Below, piece after piece: positions 57,783 to 64,000 of a stretch of DNA of 64,000 nt (positions are counted from its first letter, which is position 1; the number at the start of each line of letters is the position of its first letter). The stretch is from assembly GCA_034434515.1 (NCBI GenBank), contig DAOTZA010000229.1, positions 6,490 to 70,489 on the forward strand. Reading direction: 5' to 3'. The notes below the pieces were generated by a model. The model was not told the origin of the DNA, did not search any database, and worked only from the letters and a program-made list of their open reading frames with translations. This DNA comes from Anaerolineales bacterium (GTDB lineage Bacteria > Chloroflexota > Anaerolineae > Anaerolineales > UBA4823). Both the position numbers and the translations under genes were made by a program.

Positions 57783-58991
57783 ATGGATGGAAGCGGAGGG
57801 GATGCACTGATTTTAAGTGCAGTGCGCACGCCAAGTGGGAAATTTCAAGGCAGTCTAAGTGGTTTCACTGCAACCCAATTAGGTGCTATTGTTGTCAAAG
57901 AAGCTGTGCGGAGAGCTCACATCAAGGAAGCGGCTGAAATCGATGAGGTTTTGATGGGGAATGTCGTTTCCGCCGGTTTGGGACAAAATCCTGCCAGGCA
58001 GGCAGCGATATTTGGGGGTTTACCGGAAAGTGTTGGGGCGACTACCATCAACAAAGTGTGTGGGTCGGGCTTGAAGGCGGTGATGTTGGCAGCCCAGGCG
58101 ATTCACGCCGGGGATGGTAACCTGTTTGTGTGTGGCGGAATGGAGAGTATGAGCCGCGCTCCATACCTGGTGCGTGGACGTAGCGGAGAGTTACGCTTTG
58201 GTCATGTACAACTGGTGGATGCTTTGCTTCATGATGGCTTGTGGGATGTGTTTGAGAATTGGGGCATGGGAGACGCAGCAGAATTTATTGCCCACGAGTG
58301 GGACATCTCGCGTCATGAAATGGATGAGTTCGCCTTTCAGAGCCATCAGAAAGCTTTGTGGGCGATCGATCAGGGTAAATTCAAAGGAGAAATTGTGCCG
58401 ATTGAGATTCCTACCAGAAAAGGTGCTCCGACTATTTTTGATACTGACGAGACACCCCGCCGTGATACCACTTTGGAAACATTGGCAGCCCTCAAGCCAG
58501 CCTTTCAAGCGAATGGAAAAGTAACCGCTGGAAACTCGCCGGGCTTAAACGATGGGGCTGCCGCGTTGGTTGTCGCCTCTCGAGCAAAAGCTGAGCAGAT
58601 GGGAAGCAAACCATTAGCCCGCATTGTGGGGTACGCACAAGCAGCCGTGGATCCAAAACATCTCTTTATTGCACCAGCCATGGCAATTCCCAAACTATTG
58701 CAAAAAGTGGGGTGGAGGCTGGCGGATGTCGATCTCATCGAGCTCAACGAAGCCTTTGCTGCCCAAGTCCTTGCCGATGGCAAAGCATTGGCAGAACACG
58801 GGTGGGATTGGGAGAAGGTCAATGTGCATGGTGGCGCGATTGCTCTGGGGCATCCGATTGGTGCCAGCGGAGCAAGGGTGTTGACAACATTGGTTTACGC
58901 GTTAAAAGACCGTAGCTTGAAGCGCGGCATCGCCTGCCTTTGTCTGGGTGGAGCTGAGGCAGTGGCAATGGCCATCGAGTTAGTGGATTGA
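57783..58991 (+). CDS. Acetyl-CoA C-acetyltransferase (biosynthetic-type thiolase)
   Basis: [27 protein letters not shown] and CLGG. Confidence 0.93.
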   Translation: MDGSGGDALILSAVRTPSGKFQGSLSGFTATQLGAIVVKEAVRRAHIKEAAEIDEVLMGNVVSAGLGQNPARQAAIFGGLPESVGATTINKVCGSGLKAVMLAAQAIHAGDGNLFVCGGMESMSRAPYLVRGRSGELRFGHVQLVDALLHDGLWDVFENWGMGDAAEFIAHEWDISRHEMDEFAFQSHQKALWAIDQGKFKGEIVPIEIPTRKGAPTIFDTDETPRRDTTLETLAALKPAFQANGKVTAGNSPGLNDGAAALVVASRAKAEQMGSKPLARIVGYAQAAVDPKHLFIAPAMAIPKLLQKVGWRLADVDLIELNEAFAAQVLADGKALAEHGWDWEKVNVHGGAIALGHPIGASGARVLTTLVYALKDRSLKRGIACLCLGGAEAVAMAIELVD

Positions 58992-59012
58992 AAGGAAAAA
59001 AAGGAGCGCGAA

Positions 59013-59864
59013 ATGGAGATTCGGCAAATCTATGTGATCGGCGCCGGCACGATGGGCAGCGGCATTGCTCAAGTGGCCGCCCTGGCGGGCTATCACACGA
59101 CCGTGATGGATATTATCCCGGAACAGTTAGAGAAAGCCAAGGGAATTATTCAGCGTTCGGTTGAGAAATTGTTGAGCAAAGATCAATTAACTGCCGAACA
59201 AGCCAGCCGTGTAGAGGAAATTCGCTACGAAAAGGAGATGAAATCTATCGGATTTGCTGATTTAGTGATCGAAGCGGTAATTGAAGACCTTTCTGCGAAA
59301 CAAGAGATCTTTCGAAAGGTCGATGGACTCTGTCAAGAAAAAGCTATTCTTGCCTCTAATACGTCATCGATTTCGATTACCCAGCTTGCAGCCGTCACCC
59401 GCCGGCCGCAACAGGTGATTGGGATGCATTTCATGAATCCGGTGCCGCTAATGCGGCTGGTTGAGGTGATTCGAGGTTTGCTGACCTCTGCAGAGACGCT
59501 GCAAACCGTGTTGCATGTCTGTCGTCAGATGGGGAAAGAACCCATCGAAGCCAATGACTCACCGGGTTTTATCTCGAATAGAATCTTATGCCCGATGATC
59601 AATGAGGCGATTTTTGCTTTACAGGAAGGAATTGGCAGCCGCGATGCGATCGATGCTGTGATGAAATTGGGCATGAATCATCCCATTGGCCCATTAGCAT
59701 TAGCCGATTTGATTGGCTTGGATGTAGTTCTGGCGGTGATGGAAATTCTCCACCGCGATTTAGGCGAAGATAAATATCGCCCAGCGTACTTGCTGCGCAA
59801 AATGGTGGCGGCTGGACATTTAGGAAGGAAGACAGGTCGAGGTTTCTATGAATATGCTTCCTAG
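59013..59864 (+). CDS. hbd: 3-hydroxybutyryl-CoA dehydrogenase
   Basis: GAGTMGSG, IEAVIE, ASNTSS, GMHFMNP, GFISNR and HPIGP..LAD.IGLD. Confidence 0.93.
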   Translation: MEIRQIYVIGAGTMGSGIAQVAALAGYHTTVMDIIPEQLEKAKGIIQRSVEKLLSKDQLTAEQASRVEEIRYEKEMKSIGFADLVIEAVIEDLSAKQEIFRKVDGLCQEKAILASNTSSISITQLAAVTRRPQQVIGMHFMNPVPLMRLVEVIRGLLTSAETLQTVLHVCRQMGKEPIEANDSPGFISNRILCPMINEAIFALQEGIGSRDAIDAVMKLGMNHPIGPLALADLIGLDVVLAVMEILHRDLGEDKYRPAYLLRKMVAAGHLGRKTGRGFYEYAS

Positions 59865-61479
59865 TCAGGACGAAGTATACGATTTTGTTGTGATTGGTTC
59901 TGGGTTTGGCGGGAGTGTGGCGGCTATGCGTTTAGCCGAAAAAGGCTATCGCGTTTTGGTGATCGAACGCGGCAAGCGCTTTGAAGACCAGGATTTTGCC
60001 ACGACAAATTGGAAATTTTGGAAATATTTGTGGTTGCCTGCCTTACGCTGTTTCGGCATTTTGGAATTGAGCTTTTTCAAGGATGTTTTTGTCCTGCACG
60101 GCTGCGGGGTTGGCGGGGGGAGTTTGGGGTACGCCAACGTCTTGATGGAACCGGATGACCGCTTGTTTGAAAATCCGGCCTGGAAGGAGCTGGCAGATTG
60201 GAAAACGATCCTAAAACCCTATTACCAGGTTGCTAAGCGCATGTTGGGGGTTTACCCTAATCCAAAACTCTGGCCTGCTGATCAGCTTTTGCGGGATATT
60301 GCCAGAGAATTGGGGATGGAACACACGTTTCGGCCGACAGAAGTAGGGGTTCTATTTGCTGAAAGCGTTGGAGCATCGGAGGATCAAGAATTGGACGACC
60401 CCTATTTTGATGGGAAAGGCCCGCGGCGGCGCACTTGTAAGCATTGCGGGGCGTGTATGGTAGGCTGTCGCTACAATGCTAAAAATACATTGGTGAAAAA
60501 TTACCTTTGGTTTGCTGAGCAATTTGGCGCTCAGATTATGGCCGAAAGTCAGGTGGTTGATATCCAACCGGTAAACAATCACAGAACTGCCCGATATATC
60601 GTAAAGGTCAAATCCTCCACTCAATTTTGGCGATCACCGTCCGGGGTCTACGCCCAGAATGTTGTGGTTTCGGCTGGAACTGTGGGAACGTTAAGATTGC
60701 TCTTGTCCTGTCGAGAGCGTTCGGCATCGCTTCCAAAACTCTCACCGCGTTTAGGAGAAAACGTTCGCACCAACAGCGAATCGTTGCTTGGTGCGGTGAG
60801 CCGTACGAAAGTTATCGATTACTCGCAAGGGATTGCCATCACGTCGATTTTTCAGGCTGACGCGGTAACGGCGGTCGAGCCGGTGCGTTACCCGGCGGGT
60901 TCATCCCTAATGCGCTTTCTCAGCGCGCCGCTGGTCAGTGGGCATAAGCCGCTTTTCTTCCGTTTGCTGGAGTCGTTCTTTCTGATCCTTCGTCATCCGA
61001 TAGAAGCTCTGCGGGCATACATCCTGCCTGGCTGGGCTCGGCGCACAACGATCTTGCTGGTCATGCAAACCGAAGACACTCGCTTGCGCCTCAAGTTGGG
61101 GAGACATCTCTTCACTGCCTTCCGCAAGGGGTTAGTCTCTGATAGCCAGGGAGAAGCCATCCAAGGGGTCAGCCACATGGGTGAGTGGGTCACGCGGCGA
61201 TTTGCCGAGCGAGCTAATGCAGCACCCGCCGGCGCAATCAACGAGAGCCTCTTCAACACTCCTATGACTGCCCATCTTCTGGGTGGTGTTCCGTTTGGAA
61301 GAAACCGCGAGGAAGGTGTGATTGGATTAGACTGCCAGGTGCACGGTTACCCAGGTTTATATGTCGTGGATGGCTCAATTGTGCCGGCAAATCCAGGGGT
61401 TAACCCAAGCCTGACCATCACCGCTTTGGCGGAATATGCTATGGCACAAATTCCGCCAAAAGCCCAAGCGAGTTCTTGA
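59848..61479 (+). CDS. GMC family oxidoreductase (ChoD/cholesterol-oxidase-like)
   Basis: IGSGFGGSVAA, GVGGGSL.YAN, C..CG.CM.GC..NAKN, TAHLLGG and DGS..PANPGVNPSLTI. Confidence 0.87.
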   Translation: MNMLPSQDEVYDFVVIGSGFGGSVAAMRLAEKGYRVLVIERGKRFEDQDFATTNWKFWKYLWLPALRCFGILELSFFKDVFVLHGCGVGGGSLGYANVLMEPDDRLFENPAWKELADWKTILKPYYQVAKRMLGVYPNPKLWPADQLLRDIARELGMEHTFRPTEVGVLFAESVGASEDQELDDPYFDGKGPRRRTCKHCGACMVGCRYNAKNTLVKNYLWFAEQFGAQIMAESQVVDIQPVNNHRTARYIVKVKSSTQFWRSPSGVYAQNVVVSAGTVGTLRLLLSCRERSASLPKLSPRLGENVRTNSESLLGAVSRTKVIDYSQGIAITSIFQADAVTAVEPVRYPAGSSLMRFLSAPLVSGHKPLFFRLLESFFLILRHPIEALRAYILPGWARRTTILLVMQTEDTRLRLKLGRHLFTAFRKGLVSDSQGEAIQGVSHMGEWVTRRFAERANAAPAGAINESLFNTPMTAHLLGGVPFGRNREEGVIGLDCQVHGYPGLYVVDGSIVPANPGVNPSLTITALAEYAMAQIPPKAQASS

Positions 61480-61487
61480 GCTTTGGA

Positions 61488-61934
61488 TTAACCCTGAAAG
61501 CCACTGCTGAGGATGTAATTCTCTAAACCGCGGATTTCACTTTCAAGGCTTTGCACGGCAGCTTCCATTACATCCCGTAAGGAAAGGATACCCACCATTT
61601 GATTGTTTTCAACCACCGGTAAGTGGCGAATGTGAAATTGTCGCATGAGCGCCATACATTGTTCGACCGTCGTTATGGGGGTGACGGTAACCATTTTTTC
61701 GACCATAACCTCCCGAATTGGTGTTTGTTTGGCAGAACGTCCTTGCAGTTCTCCCTTGCGGGCGTAATCCCGCTCGGTAAAGATGCCGACAACTTTGTCG
61801 TCTTCCATGACCATCACTGCGCCAATATTGGCTTCTGCCATCACCTTGAGCGCATCAAAGACCGAGGCATCTGCGGCAACACTGTAATTTGGACGTTTTC
61901 CCTTGGCTGCGAGTAAATCTTTTACCGTGTTCAT
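61488..61934 (-). CDS. CBS domain protein (tandem CBS pair)
   Basis: GIFTERDY and RHLPV...GILS..D. Confidence 0.92.
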   Translation of the reverse strand: MNTVKDLLAAKGKRPNYSVAADASVFDALKVMAEANIGAVMVMEDDKVVGIFTERDYARKGELQGRSAKQTPIREVMVEKMVTVTPITTVEQCMALMRQFHIRHLPVVENNQMVGILSLRDVMEAAVQSLESEIRGLENYILSSGFQG

Positions 61935-61964
61935 TTGTTCTTCTCCTTTGGCAGAAAAATCACC

Positions 61965-63404
61965 TCACTTGTTCAAATACTTCTCCAGAATCGAACGCGC
62001 TAATTGAGCGTCGGCTTTTCCTTGGGTCTCTTTCATCACCTGACCAACGAACCACCCCAGCAAACCGGTCTTGCCTTTGCGGTAGTTAGCCACTTGTTCG
62101 GGGTTGTTAGCAATCAATTGTTGAATCAAGCTATCCAGAGCATCGGCATCGCTTACTTTTGCCAGACCCTCTTCTGAAACGATAATGGCCGGTTCTTTGC
62201 CACTACTTTGCACCTTATCCAATAAGGCCTTGGCTGTGGAATTGTTGATCGTGTTATCGTCTACCATGCGAATGATCTGGGCGAGGTAGAGAGGAGTTAC
62301 CTTCAGCTCTGCAGCAGAGATACCCAGTTCATTTATCATCCGTAAGAGATCGTTGATGATCCAGTTTGAGACACGCTTGGGGTCTCCTTGATAGGCTTGC
62401 AGGGCTGATTCATAATAATCGGATAAAGAACGTTCGGAGGTGAGGATATCGGCGTCATACAGGGGTAGTCCATATTGACTGGCAAAGCGTGCTCGCCGTT
62501 GGAGGGGTAGCTCCGGCAAGGTACTGAGCACTTCAGTTTTCCATTTTTCATCGATTTGTAAAGAGAGTAAGTCAGGTTCGCGAAAATAGCGGTAATCGGC
62601 TTCAGTTTCTTTCGAGCGCATTTTACGCAAAATGCTGCTCTCTTCGTCCCATTCGAGTGTCCAGGATTCGATTTGGTTACCGGCTTCCACTTCGCGGATT
62701 TGGCGTTGAATCTCGGTTTGAATTGAATCCCGAATGGCAACGATCGAATTGACGTTCTTAATCTCGGTTTTTGGGTTAAGAACCGAACAACCTTTTGGAC
62801 GAATTGAGACGTTAGCATCGCAGCGCAGGTGACCCTTTTCCATATCTGCTTCAGAAACGCCAATCCAACGCAATAACTGACGTAAGCGGATGATATACTG
62901 AGCGGCTTCGTCTGCCGAGTGCAGATCCGGGCCGGTGACCATTTCAACCAGGGGAACGCCACAGCGATTAAAGTCAATCAACCTTCGCCCAAAGTCGTTC
63001 TTGGTCTTACCAGCATCCTCCTCTAAATGCAATTTTTGGATGGTGACTTTGCGTTCTGTGCCATCCGGCATAGGAAAAACGAGATAACCACCCCGCGCAA
63101 TGGGCATGTTGTACTGGCTGATTTGATACCCTTTGGGCAGGTCGGGATAGAAGTAATTCTTGCGGTCGAAGTAGGAGATGGATTGGATCTCGGCGTTCAT
63201 AGCAGTAGCCAGCAGCATGGCTTTTTCTACTGCGGCTTTGTTTAGCACCGGTAAAACCCCTGGCAATCCGGTACAGACAGGGCAGATGTTTGTGTTTGGA
63301 GGGTCATTCCACGAATCTGCCTTACAGGAACAAAAAATTTTGGTCAGTGTATTCAGTTGGATATGTGTTTCCAGTCCGATTACAGCTTCGTATTCTGTCG
63401 TCAT
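61965..63404 (-). CDS. gatB: Asp-tRNA(Asn)/Glu-tRNA(Gln) amidotransferase subunit B
   Basis: IGLE.H.QL, RKNYFYPDLPKGYQISQ, EEDAGK, NR.GVPL.E, EIKN and DYRYF.EPDL. Confidence 0.96.
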   Translation of the reverse strand: MTTEYEAVIGLETHIQLNTLTKIFCSCKADSWNDPPNTNICPVCTGLPGVLPVLNKAAVEKAMLLATAMNAEIQSISYFDRKNYFYPDLPKGYQISQYNMPIARGGYLVFPMPDGTERKVTIQKLHLEEDAGKTKNDFGRRLIDFNRCGVPLVEMVTGPDLHSADEAAQYIIRLRQLLRWIGVSEADMEKGHLRCDANVSIRPKGCSVLNPKTEIKNVNSIVAIRDSIQTEIQRQIREVEAGNQIESWTLEWDEESSILRKMRSKETEADYRYFREPDLLSLQIDEKWKTEVLSTLPELPLQRRARFASQYGLPLYDADILTSERSLSDYYESALQAYQGDPKRVSNWIINDLLRMINELGISAAELKVTPLYLAQIIRMVDDNTINNSTAKALLDKVQSSGKEPAIIVSEEGLAKVSDADALDSLIQQLIANNPEQVANYRKGKTGLLGWFVGQVMKETQGKADAQLARSILEKYLNK

Positions 63405-63416
63405 CCTTTTTTCCCC

Positions 63417-64000
63417 TTAACCGGGAAGATTCTTCTGGCTCAGTTCTTGCAGGGCATCTTTGGCATTCCAACGCGCGGCTTTTGAGTCAAGATTTGCCAT
63501 TTGTTGGGCGACTTCGATCGCTTTCTGTCGTAGCTGACGATTGCGCTTTCCAATTTGGCGCAAAGCCCAATTAACCGCCTTTTTGACATAATTTCTTTCA
63601 TCGTTAGCGTGTTTTAGTATTAGTGGGAAAAAAGCTTCAAATGATTCATCAGGAGCGTTTTTATCATGGAAAGCGAGCGATGCCATCAGGGCAAAGCCAG
63701 CACGTTTAACGAATTCTTCTTCCCTCTCGCACCACTCGGCTGCTTTGAGGTAGGCGTAGGGAGTCTTATCGAACAGATTCATGCAAACTTGATCACAAAC
63801 GTCCCAAGAATCAAATTGAACTACCCATTCATCCATTTGTTCTTTAGTGACTTTCTTAGGGTCGTCTATCATACTGGCTAAAATTTTAGCTTCGTGAATC
63901 CCGCTTGCCCATAATTGGTGAGCGAGTTCGTGGTCGAGTTTGAATCGCTTAGCCAGGTTGCGCAAGGTTGGAATGGATATGCCCAATGTCCCCTTGGGAT
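63417..64000 (-). CDS. DNA alkylation repair protein (AlkD-like HEAT repeat), 5'-truncated by window edge
   Basis: GISIP.LR, LW..G.HE, FDSWDVCD, W...E.E...RAG and VKKAVNWALRQIGK. The frame stays open to base 64000. Confidence 0.87.
   Translation of the reverse strand, partial: PKGTLGISIPTLRNLAKRFKLDHELAHQLWASGIHEAKILASMIDDPKKVTKEQMDEWVVQFDSWDVCDQVCMNLFDKTPYAYLKAAEWCEREEEFVKRAGFALMASLAFHDKNAPDESFEAFFPLILKHANDERNYVKKAVNWALRQIGKRNRQLRQKAIEVAQQMANLDSKAARWNAKDALQELSQKNLPG

Noticed and set aside
1-64000. tRNA, rRNA, IS/transposase, integrase, prophage or recognised defence-system genes
   Set aside because: None recognised. Intergenic gaps are short (the largest about 420 bp) and are accounted for by promoters and hairpins.

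Overview
Core-genome segment of a bacterium that is most likely Chloroflexota, class Anaerolineae. This is inferred from archaeal-type mevalonate genes, Pro/Ala/Thr-linker lipoproteins, actinobacterial-type SCO1664/DUF3090 genes and a 4-subunit 2-oxoacid:ferredoxin oxidoreductase. It holds about 66 densely packed CDS. I saw no rRNA, tRNA, CRISPR array, transposase, integrase or phage gene. Content in order: an M20 peptidase cut by the window edge; a surface-polysaccharide triad (bi-domain oxidoreductase, heparinase II/III-like protein, GT4); ilvE; an uncharacterised 3-gene operon (so-called 'quinate 5-dehydrogenase' family, NTP transferase, PAP2) facing pgi/pmi, rsmI and an MGDG-synthase-like GT28; site-2 protease, HD protein, degenerate TyrA and kbl; a Dpp-type peptide ABC system; coaE(+GNAT)-cdaA-cdaR-der; deoC; korDABC with a Rex-like operator; HMGR-HMGS-DUF35; a DosS-like heme-GAF kinase; rarA; the MSMEG_4193/DUF3090/SCO1664 trio; hom; a CoA-transferase; OCD; two thiolases; an ABC-2 exporter; a heptad-repeat PD-(D/E)XK-like protein; murJ; xseAB; hbd; a GMC oxidase; gatB; and alkD cut by the window edge. 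Strongest observations: (1) the peptide-binding lipoprotein is a circular permutant of DppA and sits behind a structured leader resembling half of a TPP riboswitch; (2) the uncharacterised 3-gene operon may build a lipid or head group; (3) the SCO1664 kinase/phosphatase trio occurs without mshC; (4) the archaeal-type HMGS/DUF35 module lacks its thiolase, and HMGR-HMGS is bracketed by an exact 12-bp direct repeat; (5) a coiled-coil protein is built from arrayed RhxxhE trimerisation motifs. All family assignments come from motif recognition by eye; no searches were run.
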